NCBI GenBank assembly: GCA_038215035.1
Contig: JBBQRH010000014.1
Span: 2,312-66,311, forward strand
Reading direction: 5' to 3'
DNA length: 64,000 nt
Source: Gemmatimonadales bacterium
GTDB lineage: Bacteria > Gemmatimonadota > Gemmatimonadetes > Gemmatimonadales > Gemmatimonadaceae
This document shows, piece after piece, positions 35,349 to 43,713 of the stretch. The translations under genes were made by a program, and so were the position numbers. Numbering within the stretch: position 1 is the first letter of the stretch; every line of letters starts with the position of its first letter. The notes under the pieces were generated by a model. That model was given only the letters and a program-made list of their open reading frames with translations, was not told the origin of the DNA and ran no database searches.

Positions 35349-36299
35349 ATGGACACACTGCCGCTGGCGCCTGGCGCCAAGATCATTTCGGGGACCGCCA
35401 ATCCGGCGCTGGCCGACGAAGTCGCACGCCACCTCGGCGTCGACCTCGCCAAGACCACGGCGACCCGCTTCAGCGACGGTGAAATCTTCGTCCGGATCGA
35501 CGAGAACATCCGCGGATCGGATCTGTTCATCATCCAGTCGACGAACCCGCCGGCGGACAACATTCTGGAAATGCTGTTGCTGATCGACGCGGCCCGCCGC
35601 GCCAGTGCGCACCGCATTACCTGTGTGATGCCCTATTTCGGCTACGCGCGCCAGGACCGCAAGGATCAGCCGCGCGTCGCGATCGCCGCCAAGCTGATGG
35701 CGAACATGATTCAGGCCGCGGGCGCGGATCGTGTGCTCGGTCTCGATTTTCATCAGCATCAGCTGCAAGGCTTTTTTGACGTGCCGGTGGACCACTTGTA
35801 CGCCGCGCCGGTGCTCACGGCGCACTACCGCAAGAAGGACCTGAAGGACCTGGTGGTGGTGGCGCCTGATGTCGGTGCCGCCAAGATGGCTCGCGGTTTT
35901 GCCAAGCGGCTCGACGCATCGCTCGCGATCGTCGACAAGCGGCGTCCGCGAGCCAATGTGGCCGAAGTGGTGAACGTGGTCGGTGATGTCGAGGGGCGCG
36001 ATTGCCTCATCGCCGATGACATGATCGACACGGCCGGCACGATGACGGAAGCCGCGCGAGCGTTGAAGGCGCTCGGTGCCGCTGACATCTACGTGTGCGC
36101 GACCCACGCATTGTTGAGCGGGCCGGCGAAGCAGCGCTTCGACGACGCGCCGATCAAGGAAGTGACGGTGACCGACTCGGTCGCCATCCCCGAGTCCCGT
36201 CGCCCGCATCAGCTGAACGTGCTGTCGGTCGGCGAGTTGCTGTCGAAGGCCATTCGATTCACCCACAGCGAGCAGTCCGTCAGCTCGCTGTTTGACTGA
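35349..36299 (+). CDS. prs: Ribose-phosphate pyrophosphokinase
   Basis: KIISGTANPALADEVARHLG...FSDGEIFVRIDENIRG.DLFIIQST...YFGYARQDRK...VVVAPDVGAAK...IADDMIDTAGT. Confidence 0.95.
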   Translation: MDTLPLAPGAKIISGTANPALADEVARHLGVDLAKTTATRFSDGEIFVRIDENIRGSDLFIIQSTNPPADNILEMLLLIDAARRASAHRITCVMPYFGYARQDRKDQPRVAIAAKLMANMIQAAGADRVLGLDFHQHQLQGFFDVPVDHLYAAPVLTAHYRKKDLKDLVVVAPDVGAAKMARGFAKRLDASLAIVDKRRPRANVAEVVNVVGDVEGRDCLIADDMIDTAGTMTEAARALKALGAADIYVCATHALLSGPAKQRFDDAPIKEVTVTDSVAIPESRRPHQLNVLSVGELLSKAIRFTHSEQSVSSLFD

Positions 36300-36330
36300 C
36301 GCCGCGCGCGTCTCCTGAGGAGTATTCACG

Positions 36331-36978
36331 ATGTCCACTGCTACGCTCTCCGCGACCCTTCGTTCTGAATCCGGCAAGGGTGCCGCGCGCGCACTGCGCC
36401 GCGCCGGCTCGGTGCCCGCCGTCATCTACGGTCACAAGCGCGCGCCGATGTCCCTCTCGGTGCTGACACGTGACCTGGAACGCCTCCTCGAGCGCGTCTC
36501 TGCCGAAACCACGGTGGTGGAGCTGAGCATCGATGGCAAGGTGTCACGAACGCTGATTCGCGAGATCCAGAAGCACCCGTTCAAGAAGCAGCTCGTGCAT
36601 GTCGACTTCCAGGAGCTCGTGGCCGGTGAGATGATCACCGTCAATGTCCCGCTCATCCTCGTCGGCGTCTCGATCGGCGTGCGATCGTTCGCCGGCATCC
36701 TCGACCAGACGATGCGCGAACTGGAAGTCGAAGTCGATCCATCGGCGATCCCGAACCACATCGATGTCGACGTGACGGCGTTGAACGTCGGTGACTCAGT
36801 GCACGTCCGCGACCTCAAGTTGCCGGCCGGCGTCAAGGTGCTGTCGGATGCCGACGCATCGGTGGTCGTGGTGGCGGCCCCGAAGGTCAATGCGACGGAT
36901 GCGGCGGCTGACGCCGCCGCGGCCGCTGCTGAACCCGAAGTGCTCCGCGCCAAGAAGCTCGCTGACGACGCGAAGTAA
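36331..36978 (+). CDS. rplY: 50S ribosomal protein L25 / general stress protein Ctc
   Basis: RSESGKGAARALRRAGSVPAVIYGH...IREIQKHPFKKQLVHVDFQEL, with the long C-terminal Ctc-type extension. Confidence 0.9.
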   Translation: MSTATLSATLRSESGKGAARALRRAGSVPAVIYGHKRAPMSLSVLTRDLERLLERVSAETTVVELSIDGKVSRTLIREIQKHPFKKQLVHVDFQELVAGEMITVNVPLILVGVSIGVRSFAGILDQTMRELEVEVDPSAIPNHIDVDVTALNVGDSVHVRDLKLPAGVKVLSDADASVVVVAAPKVNATDAAADAAAAAAEPEVLRAKKLADDAK

Positions 36979-36995
36979 CCCGGACTCCGTCTGTC

Positions 36996-37031
36996 GCGGG
37001 GCGCGGTGCGACTCGTCGCGCCGCGCCCCGC
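36996..37031 (+). terminator. GC-rich hairpin after rplY (candidate terminator/attenuator; no T tract)
   Basis: 17-nt arms gcggggcgcggtgcgac / gtcgcgccgcgccccgc (one G:U pair) with loop tc. Confidence 0.4.
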
Positions 37032-37101
37032 GTGCATTCCGGACGCTCCGCTCACGCAGCACTGCCAGCCGCGCGTGCTGCTCTGACCCGCTCGCCCCGC
37101 A

Positions 37102-37683
37102 ATGAAAGTCTTTCTCGGCCTCGGCAATCCCGGCAAGGAGTACGAGCGCACCAGGCACAACATCGGCTGGTGGGTCCTCGATCACCTCGCCCGACGGTGG
37201 AGCGTCGACGGCTGGAAGAAGGATGGCAAGGCCATGGTCGCGACTGCACGCGTCGGTGCCGAGGTGGTGAAGCTGGTGAAGCCGCAGACGTACATGAATC
37301 TCAGCGGTGAAGTCCTGAAACCGTTTCTCAATCGGCCCGGGTGGGATCCCGCCCAGGATCTGCTGGTGATCGTGGATGAGGTCGCGCTCCCCTTTGCCTC
37401 GATGCGCACCCGTCCGAGCGGCAGTGCCGGCGGGCACAACGGACTCAAGTCGGTGCAGGCGCACGTCGGATCGACGGGCTACCCGCGGCTCCGAATCGGT
37501 ATCGCCCCACTGCACCCGCGCGCGTCCGTCGGCGACCTGTCCGGCTACGTGCTCGGCCCGTTCGGACGCGAGGAAACGGAGTTCATGGACGCCGCGATGC
37601 CGAGGATCAGCGACGCTTGTGAATGCTGGATCCGTGAAGGAATCAACGCCATGATGAATAAGTTCAATCCACCGAGCGCGTGA
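37102..37683 (+). CDS. pth: Peptidyl-tRNA hydrolase
   Basis: MKVFLGLGNPGKEYERTRHNIGW...KPQTYMNLSG...VIVDEVALPF...RPSGSAGGHNGLKS. Confidence 0.93.
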   Translation: MKVFLGLGNPGKEYERTRHNIGWWVLDHLARRWSVDGWKKDGKAMVATARVGAEVVKLVKPQTYMNLSGEVLKPFLNRPGWDPAQDLLVIVDEVALPFASMRTRPSGSAGGHNGLKSVQAHVGSTGYPRLRIGIAPLHPRASVGDLSGYVLGPFGREETEFMDAAMPRISDACECWIREGINAMMNKFNPPSA

Positions 37684-37723
37684 CACGCGCTGCGGCAGCC
37701 TTCTCCCTTTTCCGATCCATCCT

Positions 37724-38824
37724 GTGCTGAAGCTCGGCATCGTCGGTCTCCCGAACGTCGGCAAGTCCACCCTGTTCAACGCGCTCACGGCGGCCAAAGC
37801 CGAGGCGGCGAACTACCCGTTCTGCACCGTCGAGCCAAACGTCGGCATGGTCGAAGTGCCTGACCCCCGCCTCGACGCATTGGCGGCCGTGGTGCAGCCG
37901 AAGCGAACCGTGCCAGCCGTGGTGCAGTTCGTCGACATCGCCGGTCTGGTCAAAGGGGCCGCGCAGGGCGAAGGGCTGGGAAACAAGTTCCTCGCCAACA
38001 TTCGCGAGACCGACGCCATCGTGCACGTCATCCGATGCTTCGACGATGACGACATCACACACGTCATGGGCAGTGTCGATCCGGTGCGCGATCGCGACGT
38101 GATCGACTTTGAACTCTGCTTCGCCGACATCAGCAGCGTCGAGAAGCGGCTCGACAAACAGGCCCGGATTGCCAAGAGCGGCGACAAGGACGCGATCGCT
38201 GAACTCCCTGCGCTGCAGAAGGCACTGGCATCGCTGCAGAACGGAAATCCCGTTCGGCGTGCTGGACTGAGCAAGGAGGAGCTCTTCCTGCTCGAGCCGC
38301 TGATGCTGCTCACGGTCAAGCCAGTCCTCTATGCCGCCAACGTCACTGATGACGAACTGGCCACCGGACACGGCAAGTACGTCGACGCGCTCCGCACGGC
38401 GATTGCGGCCTCGGATGAAGTGGCCGATGTCGTGCCGTTCTCCGCGCGGATCGAGGCCGAACTGGCCGAACTGGCCGCTGACGAGAAGAAGGAATTCCTC
38501 AGTTCACTCGGTCTCGAAAGCGCGGGGCTCGATCGCTTGATTCACGCCGGCTATCACCTGCTCGGGCTGCACACGTACTTCACCGCGGGTGAGCAGGAAG
38601 TGCGCGCGTGGACGATTCATCGTGGCGATACCGCCCCGAAGGCCGCGGCGGTCATCCACACCGATTTCGAGAAGGGCTTCATCCGCGCGGAGACGGCAGG
38701 CTTCGACGACTTCGTGCGACTGAAGGGCTGGAAGGGCGCCAAGGAAGCCGGTGCGGTGCGTTCGGAAGGCAAGGAGTACATCGTGCACGACGGCGATGTG
38801 CTGCTGTTCCGCTTCAACGTCTGA
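37724..38824 (+). CDS. ychF: Ribosome-binding ATPase YchF
   Basis: GTG start. LKLGIVGLPNVGKSTLFNALT...ANYPFCTVEPNVG...FVDIAGLVKGA..GEGLGNKFL...TAGEQEVRAWTI..G.TAPKAAAVIHTDFEKGFIRAE. Confidence 0.95.
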   Translation: MLKLGIVGLPNVGKSTLFNALTAAKAEAANYPFCTVEPNVGMVEVPDPRLDALAAVVQPKRTVPAVVQFVDIAGLVKGAAQGEGLGNKFLANIRETDAIVHVIRCFDDDDITHVMGSVDPVRDRDVIDFELCFADISSVEKRLDKQARIAKSGDKDAIAELPALQKALASLQNGNPVRRAGLSKEELFLLEPLMLLTVKPVLYAANVTDDELATGHGKYVDALRTAIAASDEVADVVPFSARIEAELAELAADEKKEFLSSLGLESAGLDRLIHAGYHLLGLHTYFTAGEQEVRAWTIHRGDTAPKAAAVIHTDFEKGFIRAETAGFDDFVRLKGWKGAKEAGAVRSEGKEYIVHDGDVLLFRFNV

Positions 38825-38863
38825 TCAGTCGTCGCGCACCCACCATTCTGTTGAGGGAACTTC

Positions 38864-39298
38864 ATGACGCTCTTCGCCATGCTGCAGGACGCCGCTGCCG
38901 TTCCGGCGGCGCTGCCGTTCTTCCGCACCCAGCTCTTCTACAAGACGCTGCACATCTTCGGCCTGTTCATGGCCATGACGTCGCTCGGCGGCATCGCGAT
39001 TCACGCCGCGAATGGTGGCACCAAGGCCACCAGCAAGACGCGAGCGCTCACCGCCAGCCTGTTCGGCCTGGGAATGCTGCTGGCGCTGGCCGGCGGGTTC
39101 GGACAGGCCGCGCGGCTCGGCCTCAGCAACACGGCCATCTTTCCCGGATGGCTCTGGTCGAAGGTGGGCATCTGGGTGATCGTCGCGGTGCTCTCCATTC
39201 TGCCCTATCGTATCCCAGCGCTGGCCAAGCCGATCTACGTGCTCGTGCCACTGCTCGGCGGGATTGCAACCTACCTCGCAATCTTCCACAGCTTCTGA
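38864..39298 (+). CDS. Small four-TM integral membrane protein (family uncertain, SirB-like size and topology)
   Basis: Four hydrophobic segments. SD-like gaggga 6 nt upstream of ATG 38864. Good GC3 bias. Confidence 0.6.
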   Translation: MTLFAMLQDAAAVPAALPFFRTQLFYKTLHIFGLFMAMTSLGGIAIHAANGGTKATSKTRALTASLFGLGMLLALAGGFGQAARLGLSNTAIFPGWLWSKVGIWVIVAVLSILPYRIPALAKPIYVLVPLLGGIATYLAIFHSF

Positions 39299-39309
39299 CG
39301 GTCGTGATC

Positions 39310-40566
39310 ATGCTCAGGCAAACCCTGCTCCCACTCTTCTTTGCTGGTGCACTCGGCGCCCAGCCGGTTCGCGTCCCGAACGGTCATCCTGCAATTGCGC
39401 AGGCGCTGGCAACGATTCGGGCCGACAATGCATGGACGCTCGAGCAGCAGGCCTCGATCTGCGAGATCGCCGCCCCGCCGTTCAAGGAGGCCGCGCGTGC
39501 CGCGGAGTTCAAGCGCCGGCTCGAGGCGCTTGGGATCACCAACGTGCACATCGATGCCACCGGGAACGTGATCGGTGAACGCGCCGGCACCGGCATCGGA
39601 CCCACGGTGGTGCTTTCGGCGCATCTCGATACCGTCTTCCCCGAAGGAACGAATGTGAAAGTCCGGCGTGATAGTACGGCCGCCGGCGGCGCACGACTCA
39701 CCGCCCCTGGCATCGGGGATGACTGCCGCGGCCTGGCCGCCGTGCTGGCGGTGGTGCGCGCGATGCGCTCAGCCGATGTGCGCACGACGGGCAAGGTGTA
39801 CGTCGTTGGCACTGTCGGTGAAGAAGGCCCCGGCAACCTGCGCGGCGTGCGCGCGCTGTTCACCGGTGAGCTCAAGGGCAAGATCGACTATTTCATCTCG
39901 GTCGATGGTACCGGCTTTGGCGCGGTCAGCGGAGCGGTCGGCAGCAATCGCTATCGCGTGTCCTACAAAGGGCCGGGCGGCCACAGCTACGGCGCCTTCG
40001 GCATGCCGAACCCGATCCACGCCATGGGACGTGCCATCGCGAAAATGTCGGACTTCACCGTTCCGACGGCGCCGCGCACGACGTTCAGTGCCAGTGTCGT
40101 GAGCGGTGGAACGTCAGTGAATTCAATTCCCTACGAAGGGATCGTCGAAGTCGACATGCGCTCGGAAAGTGCCGCGGCACTCGCCACCCTCGACACGAAG
40201 TTTCAGGTGGCGATTCGCGACGCATTGCGCGAGGAGCTCGCGCGCTGGCCCGACAGCAAGGTCCCGTTGTCGATGGTAATCGATACGATCGGCATCCGTC
40301 CCGCCGGCTCGCAGCCGGACAGCGCCCGGATCGTTCGCGTCGCCGTCGAAGCGGGCAAGGTGCTCGGGTTTCCGGTGACGCCCCATGCATCGAGCACGGA
40401 TTCCAACGTACCGATTGGCCTTGGTATCCCCGCCATTACGCTTGATGCGGGAGGCCGCAGCGCGACCGCGCATTCTCTGACGGAATCATACGATGACGGT
40501 CCGAACGGGTATGTCGGGCCGCAGTACGTTGTGCTGGTGCTCTCCGCGCTGGCGGGCGTCAAGTGA
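39310..40566 (+). CDS. Secreted M20-family metallopeptidase (peptidase T / carboxypeptidase G2-like)
   Basis: Start at ATG 39310 (MLRQTLLPLFFAGALGAQP signal peptide). LSAHLDTVFP, GIGDDCRG, VGTVGEEG, HS..ESY. The listed ORF 38608 is an in-frame upstream extension across ychF. Confidence 0.8.
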   Translation: MLRQTLLPLFFAGALGAQPVRVPNGHPAIAQALATIRADNAWTLEQQASICEIAAPPFKEAARAAEFKRRLEALGITNVHIDATGNVIGERAGTGIGPTVVLSAHLDTVFPEGTNVKVRRDSTAAGGARLTAPGIGDDCRGLAAVLAVVRAMRSADVRTTGKVYVVGTVGEEGPGNLRGVRALFTGELKGKIDYFISVDGTGFGAVSGAVGSNRYRVSYKGPGGHSYGAFGMPNPIHAMGRAIAKMSDFTVPTAPRTTFSASVVSGGTSVNSIPYEGIVEVDMRSESAAALATLDTKFQVAIRDALREELARWPDSKVPLSMVIDTIGIRPAGSQPDSARIVRVAVEAGKVLGFPVTPHASSTDSNVPIGLGIPAITLDAGGRSATAHSLTESYDDGPNGYVGPQYVVLVLSALAGVK

Positions 40567-40579
40567 CGCCCGCCAACAG

Positions 40580-43003
40580 TCAGCGCGTGATGCCCAGGTC
40601 TTCGAATCGCTGGTTCCCGATGCGATACAGGCGCCAGTCCTTGTAGTCGAAGTGCCACCATTCGGCACTGTAGACGCTGAATCCTTCCGCCTCCATCGCG
40701 CGGCGCAGCACCTCGCGTAGCGCGCGCTGACGACTCGTTCCGCCAGGATACTCGGGATACGACCGGTCGGACATCTCGTCATACCCGCCGGTCATCGCGA
40801 CCGGCTCGCCAGTTCGCAGGTCGTACATCGTCAGGTCCACCGCTCCCCCTCGATTGTGTCGAGAGCCCTGGTTCGGGTCGGCGACGAAGTCGTGCTTGTC
40901 GGCTGGCGTTCCGTCCCAGAACATCTTGGTCACGTACCACGGACGGTAACCATCGTGGATCAGTAGTCCGTACCCCTGCGCTGCCAGTTTCCGGTGCGCG
41001 CGAACGAGCGCCTCGGCTGCAGGGCGCTGGAGGAAGGCCCGTGCCTGCGAGTACACCGGCGTACTGAGAAAATTACGGTCGGAGGCATATCGGATATCCA
41101 GCTTGATGGTGGAATCCAGCGTGATCAGCTCTCGGAGCTCGGCATCGCGAAACTGTCCCGACTCCGCTGGCGGCTGCGCTGCCAGCGCCGCTGCGCGGAG
41201 CGTTTCCACTGGCTGCAGGGGCGTGATGCGAAACACGCCGCCGTCCTCGCCGACAATCGCGCGGCGAACGAACGGAACACCGGCGGCGCGTGCCAGCGTC
41301 GCGCGCCCGCTGGCATCCCTGACGAATTCAATGCGCTCGCCGGCGTACAGGCCCGTTGTCGGAAAGGCGTACACGCCGTCACTGATCTCGGTGAGCGGAT
41401 ACTCGAAGAACCATTCGATCAGTGCGTGCAAGCGCCCCTCACGCTCGAGGATGAAGAGGATGTTGTGATCCCATCCATACTCGCCCACCAGTCCGCGGAG
41501 TGCGGGTGACGGATCGACTGGCAACGAGTCGTTGACGGCCGCGACTGGCTCGTACCGTCGACTGCCGTACACCACGGCACTGCCGTCGCGCCAGAGCTTG
41601 TTGCCGTAGGACATCCCGTCATCTGCGATCACCGTATCGCCGGCCCAGTGCCGCATCGTCATTCGATGATCACGGCCATCCACCGAGACGATCACGGTGG
41701 AGTCCTGCACCTCGACCTGCAGCGCCTCGCTTCCATTCCGGTATGTTCCCGCCAGCCGACGTGCCTGCAGCAATGAGACAGGCGATGTGACGGCGATCGC
41801 AGGCAACGCCTCGCGCCTGCGGAGCGCCAGCATCAAGCGCAAGGCCTCGTTCGCGATTCGGGTGGTCAGTCCATTCATCCCGTCCTTGGCCGCGCTGACC
41901 GCCACACCGAGCTGGTCGTCCGGCAGCGCGGCGAGTTGCGTGGCAAATCCGTAGATGGCGCCGCCGTGCGCCACCATCCGACGCCCATCGAGTGTGCCGA
42001 CACCAAAACCGAGACCGGAGCCGCGCGTGGCGCCGGCAGGTGCGAACTGTGGCCGCCACATCTCAGCCAGCGAGCTCGCACGCAGCACCGGGCCATTGAC
42101 GCCCTGACCGCGGTCGAAGAGCATGCTGATGAAGCGCCCGAGGTCCGGCATTGTGCTGTACATGCTGCCGGCAGGCGCCATGCCGAGTGGAAACGTCGGT
42201 GCGGGAAACTGGCGGCCATGATACGACCACATCACCGCCTCCGGCACGCGCGCGAGCATCGCCGGCGATGGATCGAACGAACTGGATGTCATCCCGGCCG
42301 GCTGCAACACCGCGCGCTGCAAAAAGACGGCGAAGGGCATTCGGCTCTTCTGCTCGAGCACGTAGCCGACCGTGGCGATGGCGGCGTTCGAGTATTTCTG
42401 CGTGGTTCCCGGGGCATACACCAGCGCTGTCTGACTGAGACTGGCGACCGTCCTGGCGAGCGACGGCCGGGTGTCGTCGAAGTAGTGCCCGACCGGCGGC
42501 TCGCGAACCAGACCGGAATAGTGCGACATCAGCTGCCGCAGCGTCACCGGCGTGCCGAAGGTGTTCCGCGGCGTGAAGGATGGCAGGTACTGTTGCACCG
42601 GTGCGTCGAGGTTCAACTGTCCCCGCTCGACCAGCTGCATGATGCCGATGTCGGTGAACATCTTGGAGACTGATCCAACACGGTACACGGTGTTCGCCGT
42701 TGCCGACTTCCCGGTCGCGGCGTTCTCCACCCCGAAGCCGCGCGACCACACCACGCGGTTGCTGTCGACCAGCGCAATTGACAGGGCGGGAATCCCCTTG
42801 TCGCGCAGCTCGTGCTCGATGAATGCGGTCAGTGCCTGGGTCACCGGCCCGTATCGCGGCAGCGGCCCGATCACATCCCGAGCCTGCGCGCCGAGAACGG
42901 GGGCCACGATGCACGCAGACATGGCAAGTGTCATCACGCTGCGAAAACGTACCAAAGCTGTAGCGCCGCACACAGCGCCCACCCGCGTTCCGGCCGTTAC
43001 CAT
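40580..43003 (-). CDS. Fusion protein: beta-lactamase-fold serine DD-peptidase-like domain plus C-terminal VanX/DdpX-type D-Ala-D-Ala dipeptidase (M15D)
   Basis: N-terminal half: SxxK (YRVGSVSKMFT), YxN (QKYSNAA), HGG (VAHGGAIYG). C-terminal about 200 aa: LLIHDGYRPWYVTKMFW, GSRHNRGGAVDLTMYD, FSVYSAEWWHFDY. The ATG at 43003 overlaps the GntR stop by 7 nt. Confidence 0.8.
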   Translation of the reverse strand: MVTAGTRVGAVCGATALVRFRSVMTLAMSACIVAPVLGAQARDVIGPLPRYGPVTQALTAFIEHELRDKGIPALSIALVDSNRVVWSRGFGVENAATGKSATANTVYRVGSVSKMFTDIGIMQLVERGQLNLDAPVQQYLPSFTPRNTFGTPVTLRQLMSHYSGLVREPPVGHYFDDTRPSLARTVASLSQTALVYAPGTTQKYSNAAIATVGYVLEQKSRMPFAVFLQRAVLQPAGMTSSSFDPSPAMLARVPEAVMWSYHGRQFPAPTFPLGMAPAGSMYSTMPDLGRFISMLFDRGQGVNGPVLRASSLAEMWRPQFAPAGATRGSGLGFGVGTLDGRRMVAHGGAIYGFATQLAALPDDQLGVAVSAAKDGMNGLTTRIANEALRLMLALRRREALPAIAVTSPVSLLQARRLAGTYRNGSEALQVEVQDSTVIVSVDGRDHRMTMRHWAGDTVIADDGMSYGNKLWRDGSAVVYGSRRYEPVAAVNDSLPVDPSPALRGLVGEYGWDHNILFILEREGRLHALIEWFFEYPLTEISDGVYAFPTTGLYAGERIEFVRDASGRATLARAAGVPFVRRAIVGEDGGVFRITPLQPVETLRAAALAAQPPAESGQFRDAELRELITLDSTIKLDIRYASDRNFLSTPVYSQARAFLQRPAAEALVRAHRKLAAQGYGLLIHDGYRPWYVTKMFWDGTPADKHDFVADPNQGSRHNRGGAVDLTMYDLRTGEPVAMTGGYDEMSDRSYPEYPGGTSRQRALREVLRRAMEAEGFSVYSAEWWHFDYKDWRLYRIGNQRFEDLGITR

Positions 43004-43713
43004 TGTCCACGCTCGCCGACGTTGGTGATCACCTGACCCAGCCGCACCGCCGCATTTCGCCAGTTGGTTTGCACCGCCCGCTGTGCGGCATCGGGATCGG
43101 CACTGCGGATCGCACGAATGATCGCCGCATGTTCCTGTACCGAGGGCGCAAGCCCCCGCGACAACAGGCTCACGTACAAGCGCTCGTAGCGTTCGGCCTG
43201 CGGCTTCACCGCGTCGTGCAGCGCGCGCAATCGGGGCCCGGCCGCGAGTTCCACATACCGGCGGTGAAACCGCTCGTCGAGCTCGTAGAGCAGATCGTGT
43301 TTCGGCACCTTTGCGCGCGAGGCCCGCTCGAATCGAGCGTTGATGGTCGTCAATTCGCCGAGCAGCGCGTCACGCTTCCCGGCGGGAAGCGCCGTCGCGC
43401 ATCTCGCAGCCAGGCCTTCGATCTCGGCCACGATCGAAAACAGCTCCATCGCATCTTCGCGTGTCAGCGGCGCGACCGTCGGTCGCGATTGTTGCAGTGA
43501 CGGGGAGTCGATGATGTACCCCTCGTGCGCAAGTCGCTGCAGGGCGCCCCGCACCGGAGTGCGGCTGACTCGCAGCTTGCTGGCGACGTCGGTCTCCACG
43601 ATACGCGATCCCGGCGCCAGCTGCCCGCGCACGATCAACGCGCGCAAGGCGTGGTACACGACCATCGGTCGAGCGCCCCGGACGCTCGTCACCGCAGGCG
43701 CAGTACTCTTCAT
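42997..43713 (-). CDS. GntR-family transcriptional regulator (FadR/FCD-type C-terminal domain)
   Basis: VYHALRALIVRGQLAPGSRIVETDVASKLRVSRTPVRGALQRLAHEGYI, followed by an all-helical C-terminal domain. Start ATG 43713 forms an ATGA overlap with the upstream stop. Confidence 0.85.
   Translation of the reverse strand: MKSTAPAVTSVRGARPMVVYHALRALIVRGQLAPGSRIVETDVASKLRVSRTPVRGALQRLAHEGYIIDSPSLQQSRPTVAPLTREDAMELFSIVAEIEGLAARCATALPAGKRDALLGELTTINARFERASRAKVPKHDLLYELDERFHRRYVELAAGPRLRALHDAVKPQAERYERLYVSLLSRGLAPSVQEHAAIIRAIRSADPDAAQRAVQTNWRNAAVRLGQVITNVGERGQW

Noticed and set aside
35181-36425. 414-aa minus-strand ORF.
   Set aside because: It is antisense to prs, one of the most recognisable genes in the window, and has no motifs of its own.
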